Of a stretch of 49,036 nt of DNA, positions 29,224-38,651 are shown piece by piece; within the stretch, counting starts at the first letter, position 1; each line of letters starts with the position of its first letter. The position numbers and the translations under genes are program-made. The stretch is from Prevotella sp. UBA3837 (GTDB lineage Bacteria; Bacteroidota; Bacteroidia; Bacteroidales; Bacteroidaceae), in NCBI GenBank assembly GCA_002392835.1, contig DGHX01000016.1:96923-145958 (forward strand), read 5' to 3'. The notes under the pieces are model-generated. The model was not told the DNA's origin, ran no database searches, and saw nothing but the letters and a program-made list of their open reading frames with translations.

Positions 29224-30219
29224 CAAAGAATCAAGAACTCATCAGCATCATCGTACCTGTATATAACATCGAGAGTTATCTACCCCGATGTCTGGAAACC
29301 ATTTCAAAGCAGACTTACCAGAATCTGGAGATTATACTTATTGATGATGGCTCAACGGACAGTTCTGGAAGTATCTGTGACAAGTTTGCTAAAAAAGATC
29401 ACAGAGCAAAGGTAATCCACCAGCAGAATGCGGGTCCTAGTGGTGCGAGAAATACAGGAATGGCCTATGCAAGCGGAGAATACCTCATGTTTGTAGACGG
29501 CGATGACTACCTGCATACAGATGCTGTCAATACGCTGTGGGATGCCATCAACAGTGGATTGCAATACGATATGGCAATAGGAGGATTCAAGAAAACAAAC
29601 AAAACTTGACGAAGACGACCAATCAGTAGGAGAAAGAAAACCATTCATTGTGTCACGAAAAGAACTAATGAGGCTATTGCTGGTGTCGAATAATGACGAG
29701 GAGAAACTACTTTTCAATGTAGCATGGGGCAAACTATACAGAAAATGGAATATCGCACATTTGTCCTTTGAAAACTGTATGCCTTCTGAAGACATGGACT
29801 TCAACTTCAAGGCGTACATTTATGTCGACAAAGCAATTATAATAGACTGTCCTTTATATTTCTATGTACAAAGACCAGACTCCATAGTGAAGAGTAAAGG
29901 CAGCCTCATCAAACACTATAGCACTCGTTCGGCCTTGTTCTACGCACACTTCAAGGCATTAACAGGTAGCAACAAAAGGGACTTTGGGCACCTGCTGCTC
30001 AGAGCACTCTATAGGAAGATGGCCCTGTGGAAGGGACGGACATACCAAACTGAGGCGGAGAATGAAACGTTCCAGAAATGTCGGGAATATGAGCGGGACA
30101 CCCGCTGGGCCTACTGGCTCAATTGGCGCATCAACCCGATAGAGAAGATTGGCATAACGACACTGCTGCACTGCCCCCGCCTGACTCGCTGGCTGATGAA
30201 AAAGACGAAGAATTATTAA
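29220..30219 (+). pseudogene. GT2 glycosyltransferase split by a +1 frameshift
   Basis: ORF 29220..29609 holds the GT2 N-terminus and ORF 29650..30219 holds WGKLYR/SED and the C-terminus. Deleting one A at 29601-29604 gives FKKTNKLDED, matching paralogue FKKTRSLNED. Confidence 0.85.
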
Positions 30220-30317
30220 CCTTAACGATAACCTTAACGTTAACGAAAACGATAACTGTGTGTTTGACTTCGCCCTCTATGGACAGCTATACGCCTATTT
30301 TCGACTATGCGGTGCTG
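30163..30317 (+). repeat. Copy of the GT2-3'-end / epsG-5'-start junction
   Basis: 30163-30219 matches 33508-33564 and 35684-35740. 30260-30317 matches 31708-31756 and 35760-35816. Confidence 0.85.
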
Positions 30318-30341
30318 TTTTATCCGCCTCGCTAAGCCAAA

Positions 30342-30395
30342 ATTGAAAATCTTGGGAATTTTTCATTGAAAATCTTGGGAATTTTTGTATCTTTG
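30342..30395 (+). promoter_or_regulatory. Promoter with tandem 22-bp direct repeat
   Basis: ATTGAAAATCTTGGGAATTTTT at 30342 and 30365, then TATCTTTG at 30388-30395. Confidence 0.7.
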
Positions 30396-30414
30396 TACCC
30401 AAATCCCAATTATT

Positions 30415-31680
30415 ATGTATTATCAAAGACTAATTGAAAAGGTAATTGCACTGAAATTGAAATCATCTGGTGCAGTACTTGTAGCAGGGCCTAAATTTTG
30501 TGGGAAAACCACCACATGTATGCTTTATCAGAAAAGTTTCGTGAAATTGAATACTAAACAGGCTATTGCCATGGCACGAATGAATCCAAAGGCAATGCTT
30601 GCTGGTGATAAGCCAAGACTCATAGATGAGTGGCAGAAAGCACCTGACATCTGGAATCAAGTGAAGGACGACCTGGATTTTGATTATCAGTTCGGGAAAT
30701 ATATTCTGACAGGAAGCAGTACACCTGCGGATAAGACTGAGGTACATCATAGCGGCGCGGGAAGGATCACCCCACTATATATGCGCCCCATGACGCTTTG
30801 GGAGTCGAAGGAGTCGAAAGGTACGGTATCGCTGATGGATTTGTTTGACGGTGGCAAGGATTTTCCATGGGACATGAACGCTGACTTCACACTGGATGAT
30901 GTGGCTTTCCTGATGTGCAGGGGGGGGTGGCCCATCTCGGTATTGGCACCGAAGGATATCGCGATTGAAATAACCAAAAACTACTATAATGGGCTTTTCG
31001 TTTTTGAAGACAGTGAAAATGAGCGTTTCCGTAACAAGAAGCCAGAGGTGATGAGAATGATATTAAGGAGTTATGCGAGGAATATTTCAACAGAGGCGGC
31101 GGTTTCGACTATTATATCTGATATCCGCCAAAGCAATGAGCGGACAATGGACACAAAGACCTACGATGACTACATGGAGGCATTAAAGGATCTGTATATT
31201 ATTGAAGACCTTCAAGCATGGAATCCGAATATCAGGTCGAAGACTTCGATAAGGAGTACGCCGACGCGCCATTTTGTGGATACATCGATTGCCTGCCGCA
31301 GCTTGGGGGTGAGTCCTGAAGACTTTAAACACGACCTGGAGAGTTTTGGACTGTTCTTCGAGGATTTTGCCGTAAGGGACTTGACGGTATATGCAAGTTA
31401 TCTTGGAGGTACGGTGAAACACTATAGGGACAATGCTGGTCTTGAGTGTGACGCAGTGGTACATTTGGAAGACGGAAGATGGGGCGGTATTGAAATTAAG
31501 TTAGGGGGCGATGATTTGGTAAACGATGGTGCAGAATCATTGAAAACACTTCAGAACAAAATTATAGAAAAGAGCGATGAAAAGGCACCTTCGTTCCTCT
31601 TGGTGCTTACAGCCGTCGGAGGAGCGTATAAAAGGGAAGATGGGGTGTATGTGGCACCAATCAACCTGCTAAAGCCATAA
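30415..31680 (+). CDS. AAA_14 ATPase with DUF4143 / PD-(D/E)XK-like C-terminus
   Basis: GPKFCGKTT, LIDEWQ, ILTGS, HSGAGR, HFVD, HYRD..ECDAVV..IEIKLG. Start at ATG 30415. Confidence 0.9.
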   Translation: MYYQRLIEKVIALKLKSSGAVLVAGPKFCGKTTTCMLYQKSFVKLNTKQAIAMARMNPKAMLAGDKPRLIDEWQKAPDIWNQVKDDLDFDYQFGKYILTGSSTPADKTEVHHSGAGRITPLYMRPMTLWESKESKGTVSLMDLFDGGKDFPWDMNADFTLDDVAFLMCRGGWPISVLAPKDIAIEITKNYYNGLFVFEDSENERFRNKKPEVMRMILRSYARNISTEAAVSTIISDIRQSNERTMDTKTYDDYMEALKDLYIIEDLQAWNPNIRSKTSIRSTPTRHFVDTSIACRSLGVSPEDFKHDLESFGLFFEDFAVRDLTVYASYLGGTVKHYRDNAGLECDAVVHLEDGRWGGIEIKLGGDDLVNDGAESLKTLQNKIIEKSDEKAPSFLLVLTAVGGAYKREDGVYVAPINLLKP

Positions 31681-32009
31681 AGAATGGTTTTTTAGACTTC
31701 GGAGAGCGTGTTTGACTTGGCCCCCTATGGACAGCTATACGCCTATTTTGACTATGACTGGTGAATCGATAAAAAGGCGCAGCAAAACATCGGTTTCTCG
31801 TTGAAAAAATGCACCATAAGGAGTGAAACTCACTTGAAAAATAACATTGAAAACACGAGAGATTCTATGCCACACCCGCAGGCTAACTAACGTTAACGAT
31901 AACATTAACGATAACGAAACAAGCGCATAGCACTGCGATAACTTTAAAAAAAAGAGGGTTACCGCAGTAAAATAAACACGATTTTCTTCTTTTTTTCAAT
32001 TATTAGTAT

Positions 32010-32017
32010 TACCTTTG
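32010..32017 (+). promoter_or_regulatory. -7 promoter box TACCTTTG
   Basis: Consensus TANNTTTG, 17 nt upstream of the ATG at 32035. Confidence 0.55.
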
Positions 32018-32034
32018 CACAAAAAAGCACTGGC

Positions 32035-33480
32035 ATGGAGAATAAGAACGTTATGGTGGGCAGGCACCAAGAACTTGCACTCTTGCAGGAGGTCATCAGT
32101 TCACCAAAGGCTGAGTTGGTTGCTGTTTATGGACGTAGGCGTATTGGTAAGACATTCCTTATTGACAAAACGTTTGCAGCCAAATACGATTATTATACAA
32201 CTGGTATATACGAAGGAACTCGTAAGGAGCAGTTAACCAACTTCGCAAACCAGTTGAGTATCTATGCCAAGAAGAAATACAAGGTTCCCAAGGACTGGAT
32301 GGCTGCCTTCCTTATGCTGCGTGAGTATCTTGAGACAATACTTGACAAGGAGCGTATAGACATCTTCATCGATGAACTGCCATGGCTTGACACACCCCGT
32401 TCGCGATTTCTGAAAGCTTTTGATTTGTTTTGGAATGGCTGGGCATCGAAACATGACAATATTAAACTGATAGTGTGTGGGTCGGCAACTACCTGGATGA
32501 CCAACAAATTGCTCGGTGATAAGGGGGGACTGCACAATCGGGTAACAAAACAGATATATCTGCGACCGTTCAATCTCAGTGAGACGGAAGAGTTCCTGAA
32601 ACTACGTGGTTTCGATTTGTCACGCCAGCATATCATAGAAATCTATATGGCGTTGGGGGGAACACCTTATTACCTTGATATGATGAGCAGAAGTTTGAGT
32701 GTGGCTCAGAATATTGACTCGTTGTTCTTTTCGGATAATGCACCGCTGCAGAAGGAGTATAACTTCCTCTATAAGTCGCTTTTTAAAGAGTCACGCCTCT
32801 ATCGGAGAGTGGTAGAAGTGCTCTCGAAGCAGATGAAAGGTTTGACACGGCAGGAGTTGATTCGAGAAATAGGAGCAGAAGATAACGGCTATTTTTCAGA
32901 TGTACTCGATGATTTGTGTAATTGTGACTTTATACGTAGTTATAACGCATTCGGAAAAGCGGAACGTGATGTGATGTATCAGCTTACAGACCTCTATTCA
33001 TTGTTCTATCTGCGTTTCGTGAAGAACTATCATGGAGGTGACGAACATTACTGGAGCCATCTGGGGCAGGACATTTCCAGTTGGGAGGGTTATGCATTTG
33101 AACAGGTGTGCCTGCTCCATATTCCTCAAATAAAGCACAAATTGGGTATCAGCGGCATACTGACAAATGTATGTTCTTGGTCGTGCAAGTCTTATACGAA
33201 TAAGGATGGTGAGGAGCGCAAGGGTGCTCAGATTGACCTGATTATTGACCGTGGAGACAAGACCATCAACCTCTGTGAAATGAAGTTCACCAACAAGCCC
33301 TTTGCCATTTCTACAGAGTATGCACAAAGATTGTTGGAACGGCGTGACACATTCCGTGAGGTTACAGAAACCAAAAAGTCTCTTCTATTGACAATGGTTA
33401 CTTCTTCGGGGTTAGTACACAATGCCGGATGGCAGAGTGTCAATAATGAGGTGGGTATTGATGATCTTTTTCATGTGTAG
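32035..33480 (+). CDS. Archaeal-type ATPase (ATPase_2) with C-terminal DUF234-like nuclease-fold domain
   Basis: VYGRRRIGKT, FIDELPWLD, VCGS, GGTPYYL, GYAFE, AQIDLIIDR..LCEMKF. Confidence 0.9.
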   Translation: MENKNVMVGRHQELALLQEVISSPKAELVAVYGRRRIGKTFLIDKTFAAKYDYYTTGIYEGTRKEQLTNFANQLSIYAKKKYKVPKDWMAAFLMLREYLETILDKERIDIFIDELPWLDTPRSRFLKAFDLFWNGWASKHDNIKLIVCGSATTWMTNKLLGDKGGLHNRVTKQIYLRPFNLSETEEFLKLRGFDLSRQHIIEIYMALGGTPYYLDMMSRSLSVAQNIDSLFFSDNAPLQKEYNFLYKSLFKESRLYRRVVEVLSKQMKGLTRQELIREIGAEDNGYFSDVLDDLCNCDFIRSYNAFGKAERDVMYQLTDLYSLFYLRFVKNYHGGDEHYWSHLGQDISSWEGYAFEQVCLLHIPQIKHKLGISGILTNVCSWSCKSYTNKDGEERKGAQIDLIIDRGDKTINLCEMKFTNKPFAISTEYAQRLLERRDTFREVTETKKSLLLTMVTSSGLVHNAGWQSVNNEVGIDDLFHV

Positions 33481-33694
33481 CAGCATGAACAGATTTTCAT
33501 ATCCTTGCTGCTGCACAGTTCCCGCCTGACCCGCTGGCTGATGAAAAAGACGAAGAACTGGTAGGAACAGTGAATACCTAAGCAATACGCCATAGAGCCT
33601 ATCATAAGGCAGTGGATGACGCTCTTCAGCAAACTTACGGCCAAAAAGCAATAATTTTGTTTGGCTGTGCAGAAAAAAGATAAATTGAGAAAAC

Positions 33695-34728
33695 ATGAGT
33701 ACTGAATGTGAACTAATCAGCATCATCACCCCGGTATATAACGTTGAGAACTATCTGACTCGATGTCTGGAAACCATTGCTGCACAGACTTACCGGAACC
33801 TGGAAATAATATTGGTGAATGATGGTTCAACAGACGGTTCTTTACAGATTTGCGAAAAATACAGCAAAATACATGACAACATTAGAATCATTTCACAAGC
33901 AAATGGTGGAATAGGTGCAGCACGAAACACGGGAATGAGTTTGGCACGTGGAGAATATGTGTGTTTCGTTGATTCTGATGATGATCTTAGTGAAAATGGG
34001 CTGTCAGAAATGATTACGTATTGTGACAGTGAGGTGGATGCAATTCGGTTCTGGTGCCGAATCGTTCATCCCCATACAAAAGATGAGAATGTCAAAGAAG
34101 ATGGACGTGAGTTGTTTCGTGGAAGGGGACATGACTACCTGAAAAAGTTTGGATTGGAGACCTTCTGTTGGAACTGGCTATATAGAAGGGATTATCTTCT
34201 AAGCAACAAGCTGTTCTTCAAAAAAAAATTGGTAAAGATTTCCAATTTATGTCCGAAGTGTTGTTGTCAAACCCAATAGTTGTTTCTCTTGCAGCGAGGA
34301 TTTATAATTATGAAATACGGGACGACTCTACCAGTTCAACAAGGTCTATTGGACACTCAAGGAGGTGGGTTGAAGATTTACTCAGTACATTGTCAGATAT
34401 CGTGAGTCGCCTGAATAACTACCAAGAAACAGATTCTGCCCTCTATGAGACGTGTATGAAATCAATTGACGGAAAGATGATAGCCTTATCTTCCAGATTG
34501 ATGTCAGCCGATTATTCTCTTTCAGAATATAAGGAGAAAGTGGAAAGATGCAAAAAGCTTGGCGTTCTACCTTTAAAGAATATGACCGGCTCTGTAAAAC
34601 AACGGATTGTGACGAGTGTTACAAATACATTGTATGAGTATCCTTCAACCTATTTGTTTGCGAAAAATTTCTACAACCGCCTTTTTATTACTTATATTAA
34701 ACCATATATTAATAGAAATAAGCTCTGA
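33695..34728 (+). pseudogene. GT2 glycosyltransferase frameshifted at an A9 tract
   Basis: The N-terminal ORF stops at 34279 and the C-terminal frame continues IGKDFQFMSEVLL. A9 at 34220-34228; A10 or A7 restores the frame. Confidence 0.85.
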
Positions 34729-34762
34729 ACGTCAGAGCTGTTGGATGAAAAGAGAATTAGGA

Positions 34763-35740
34763 ATGAACGATAAAGAATTGATTAGTATTATTGTTCCTGT
34801 CTTTAATGTGCAGACATTCTTGACACGGTGCTTGCAGACCATAGCTGCTCAAAGCTATCGGAATATTGAAATCATTCTGGTGGACGATGGGTCAACCGAT
34901 GGGTCTGGCTGTATTTGCGATGAATTTGCAAGGAAGGACGGCAGAGCTACTGTCATTCACCAGCTGAATCAGGGACTATGGGCGGCAAGGAATGCAGGAC
35001 AGCGAGTAGCTAAAGGGGAGTATCTGATGTTTGTTGATAGTGATGATTATCTTCATCAGGATGCTGTAAAGACAATGTACGACTATATCAATAAGGATGG
35101 AGAGTATGAAATAGCAATTGTAAACTTCAAAAAAACAAGGTCTTTAAATGAAGACATTTACATAAGAACCACAGTTCAAACTACCGTATTATCTCAAGAA
35201 GAATTGATTGCACAAATACACAAAAGAGAAGTCTATGGTTATATGTGGAACAAATTATATAGAAGAAGTACTATTACTAATATATGTAGTCGTTCTTTTA
35301 CGAGACATCAGGACTTTGATTTCAATTTAAGGGTTTATCTAAAAATCAAAAAGGCAATATTTATTGACCAAACACTTTACTTTTATATGCAAAGGACTGA
35401 TTCGTTAGCCAATAACCCGAAGACAGCAATTCTTTCGCAAGCTTGTTTTACTAAAATTCTTTTCGTAAATTATAGTGATCTTAACTCTTTTAATAGAAAG
35501 TTATATGGACATCACCTGCTCCGCAAACTCTATAGAAAAATGGTGTTTTTAAAAGGCCGCAACTACGGGGCTAATCAGCAGGATTCCGAAATTAACAGAT
35601 GCCGTGAGTACGAGAAAGAAACCCGCAAGGCGTACTGGAGAAACCGCCACATCCCACTTTACGAGAAGATTGGTGTTACCGTTCTGCTGCACTGTCCCCG
35701 CCTGACACGCTGGCTGATGAAGAAGACGAAGAATTGGTAA
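34763..35740 (+). CDS. Glycosyltransferase family 2
   Basis: ELISIIVPVFN, LVDDGSTD, FVDSDD, WNKLY. Start at ATG 34763. Confidence 0.92.
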   Translation: MNDKELISIIVPVFNVQTFLTRCLQTIAAQSYRNIEIILVDDGSTDGSGCICDEFARKDGRATVIHQLNQGLWAARNAGQRVAKGEYLMFVDSDDYLHQDAVKTMYDYINKDGEYEIAIVNFKKTRSLNEDIYIRTTVQTTVLSQEELIAQIHKREVYGYMWNKLYRRSTITNICSRSFTRHQDFDFNLRVYLKIKKAIFIDQTLYFYMQRTDSLANNPKTAILSQACFTKILFVNYSDLNSFNRKLYGHHLLRKLYRKMVFLKGRNYGANQQDSEINRCREYEKETRKAYWRNRHIPLYEKIGVTVLLHCPRLTRWLMKKTKNW

Positions 35741-35759
35741 GTTTTTACACACAAAAAGT

Positions 35760-36872
35760 ATGTTTGACTTCATACCTATAGGCTACTACACGCCCATCTT
35801 CAACTATGCCGTGCTGCTGCTGTTGCTGATAGTGCTGGCGCAATGCTTCACAGGCATAGCGCTGAACCAAGGCACGGCACGTCTGAACGCCGGATGGGGC
35901 GTGGTGCTGCTGGTATTACTGGTGTTGTACATGGGGCTGCGCCCCGTGTCGTCATACTTCGGCGACACAGTGAACTATGCGGCGGGCTTCCGACGAGCGG
36001 CCGAGTCGACGGAGCCCTTCACATGGAAGTTCGGAGGCGAATGGGTGTTCAACAACCTCACCCAGTGGATGGCGAGGGTGAGCGACATACACATGTATTT
36101 CCTGGTGTGCGCCATCGTCTATGTGGGTGCACTGTGGCTGGCCATGGTCAGGATGTTCCGCACGTACTACTACATCCCCTTCCTGGTCATCATCTTCATG
36201 TTCACCTTCTGGAGCTACGGCGTGAACGGCATACGCAACGGCATGGGGGCCTCGCTGTTCATCCTGGCCATGACCTACGTCGAGCAGCTGCCCGTGGCGG
36301 CCCTGCTGTGCATACTGGGCGCCGGTTGCCACCAGTCGGTATGGCTGATGATAGCTGCCGCCGCGATGACCTATTTCCTGAAGAACAGCTACTACTATCT
36401 GGGGGCATGGCTGCTGTGCGTGGTAGTGTCGTACTTCGTCGGCGATGCCATCCAGGCCTGGATGGCAGGACTGCAGCTGTTCGAGGGCAACGAGCGCTTT
36501 ACCGACTACCTGACGGTGACCAACATCGACACGGCCGAAGTAGTGATGGAGATAGGCTTTCGCTGGGACTTTCTCATATACAGCGCCATGGCGGTGGTCA
36601 CGGGCTGGTACTTCATCTTCCGCGAAAACTTCAAAGACGAATACTACCACTGGATATATAACACATTCCTGGTTACCAACGCGGTGTGGATACTGGTCAT
36701 CAGGGCCAGCTACAGCAACCGTTTGGCACAGATATCGTGGTTCATCATGCCCATCGTGCTCATCTACCCCCTGCTGAAGAAGCGCTTCCGCGACAACCAG
36801 GAGCAGATGCTGGGCTATGCGCTGGCGGTGTTCTATGCATTCACGTTTTATTATAACATCATAAAAGGATAA
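35760..36872 (+). CDS. EpsG-family / Wzy-like polysaccharide polymerase
   Basis: Multi-TM protein with MGLRP..FGDTVNY, NGIRNG, H(Q)S, RWDF, YSNRLAQISW. Confidence 0.85.
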   Translation: MFDFIPIGYYTPIFNYAVLLLLLIVLAQCFTGIALNQGTARLNAGWGVVLLVLLVLYMGLRPVSSYFGDTVNYAAGFRRAAESTEPFTWKFGGEWVFNNLTQWMARVSDIHMYFLVCAIVYVGALWLAMVRMFRTYYYIPFLVIIFMFTFWSYGVNGIRNGMGASLFILAMTYVEQLPVAALLCILGAGCHQSVWLMIAAAAMTYFLKNSYYYLGAWLLCVVVSYFVGDAIQAWMAGLQLFEGNERFTDYLTVTNIDTAEVVMEIGFRWDFLIYSAMAVVTGWYFIFRENFKDEYYHWIYNTFLVTNAVWILVIRASYSNRLAQISWFIMPIVLIYPLLKKRFRDNQEQMLGYALAVFYAFTFYYNIIKG

Positions 36873-36879
36873 AAGAGAC

Positions 36880-37509
36880 ATGTACTTATATGGAGCTGGC
36901 GGTCACGCCAGGGTCATCAGAGACATATTGGAGAGCCGGGGCGTGAAGGTCTCGGGCATCTGCGACGACAACACGACGGTGAGCCGCTGGATGGAGATGG
37001 AGGTGAGCCATGCCGTGAAGACGACCGACGACATCATCATCTGCATCGGCAACGGCGAGTACCGCCGACAGGTAGCCGAGCGGCTGGCACAACAAGGTTT
37101 CCGCTTCGGCCGCGCCATACATGCTGCCGCCATCGTGTCGCCATCGTCAGAGGTGGGCGAAGGCAGCGTGGTCATGGCCGGGGCCGTGGTGAACAGCGGC
37201 TCGCACATAGGACGACACTGCATCGTCAACACCGGCGCCGTGGTGGAGCATGAATGCATCATTGGCGACTACGTACACATCTCGCCGCACGCCACGCTCT
37301 GCGGCGGTCTCAGCATTGGCGAAGGCACATGGATAGGCGCCGGCGTGGTGGTGGTGCAAGGTGTGAAGATAGGACGGGGCAGCATCGTAGGAGCGGGCTC
37401 CGTGGTGCTGAAGGACATCCCCGACGGCGTGGTGGCCTATGGCAACCCCTGCCGCGTGGTGCGCAGCCTGGAAGCAATAACGCAAAAACGATATGAAAAA
37501 ACTTATTAG
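36880..37509 (+). CDS. NeuD/PglD-like sugar acetyltransferase
   Basis: MYLYGAGGHARVI, IGN..R, hexapeptide repeats with VEH, VAYGNPC. Confidence 0.92.
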   Translation: MYLYGAGGHARVIRDILESRGVKVSGICDDNTTVSRWMEMEVSHAVKTTDDIIICIGNGEYRRQVAERLAQQGFRFGRAIHAAAIVSPSSEVGEGSVVMAGAVVNSGSHIGRHCIVNTGAVVEHECIIGDYVHISPHATLCGGLSIGEGTWIGAGVVVVQGVKIGRGSIVGAGSVVLKDIPDGVVAYGNPCRVVRSLEAITQKRYEKTY

Positions 37510-38647
37510 GGTAACAACTTCCGACATCAGCCTCTACCTGCTGCTGAACCAGCAGCTACGCTTCCTCAGCCAGCACTATGAGGTGGTGGGCCTCTCGGCC
37601 GACACAGGACTGCTGCACCAGGTGGAGCAACGCGAGGGGGTACGGGTCATCGAGCTGGCCATGCGCCGCGACATTTCACTGCTGCGCGACATGTCCTGCC
37701 TGTGGCACATGATACGCATCATGAAGCGCGAGAAGCCCTTCATCGTACATGCCAACACACCGAAGGGCAGTCTGCTGGCCATGATTGCCGCCAGGCTTAC
37801 GGGTGTGCCCCACCGCATATACACCGTCACCGGACTGCGCTACCAGGGGGCGAGCGGTATGGGCCGCATGCTGCTGAAGACCTTTGAGAAGACCACCTGC
37901 TGGTTTGCCAACAAGGTGATCCCCGAGGGCGAAGGTGTGAAACGCACACTGCAGCAGGACCACATCACCAGCAAGCCACTCGAGGTGCTGCACCATGGCA
38001 ACATCAACGGCATTGACACCAACCACTTCAGCGTGGAGGCCTGCGAGGAGCAGCGCCAGGACATGAGGAGCCAGATGAAGATAGGCGATGAGTTTACTTT
38101 CGTCTTCATAGGCCGCATCGTCAAGGACAAGGGCATGGACGAGCTGGCCGAGGCCATGACCAGGCTGCGCCGCGAGGGCAGGCGCTGCAAGCTGATACTG
38201 GTGGGATGGTTCGAGAAGGAGGGACAGACCATCAGCGAGGAGCACGAGAACTTCTTCCGCAACAACGACAGCATACGCTACGTGGGCTACCGCAAGGACG
38301 TGCGCCCCTACCTGCTGGCCGCTGACGCCCTGGTCTTCCCCAGCTACCGCGAGGGCTTCCCCCGCGTGGTGCTCGAGGCAGGCGCCATGGGGCTGGCCTC
38401 CATCGTCACCGACATCAACGGCTGCAACGAGATCATCGTCGACGGTGAGAACGGCATCATCATCCCTCCACGCAATACAGAGGCACTCTACGAGGCCATG
38501 CTACGCTTCGTGGACCATCCCGACGACGTGGCCCACATGGCATCACAGGCCCGGGCCCGCATACAGGAGCGCTATGAGCGCAGCGACGTGCACGAGGCCA
38601 TACTGAAGATGTACCAGTCGCTGGAGAACGAACAAAAAAACATTTAG
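37493..38647 (+). CDS. Glycosyltransferase family 4 (CapM-like)
   Basis: HANTPKGSLL, TVTGLR, GNINGID, FIGRIVKDKG, FPSYREGFP. Confidence 0.93.
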   Translation: MKKLIRVTTSDISLYLLLNQQLRFLSQHYEVVGLSADTGLLHQVEQREGVRVIELAMRRDISLLRDMSCLWHMIRIMKREKPFIVHANTPKGSLLAMIAARLTGVPHRIYTVTGLRYQGASGMGRMLLKTFEKTTCWFANKVIPEGEGVKRTLQQDHITSKPLEVLHHGNINGIDTNHFSVEACEEQRQDMRSQMKIGDEFTFVFIGRIVKDKGMDELAEAMTRLRREGRRCKLILVGWFEKEGQTISEEHENFFRNNDSIRYVGYRKDVRPYLLAADALVFPSYREGFPRVVLEAGAMGLASIVTDINGCNEIIVDGENGIIIPPRNTEALYEAMLRFVDHPDDVAHMASQARARIQERYERSDVHEAILKMYQSLENEQKNI

Positions 38648-38651
38648 CAAA

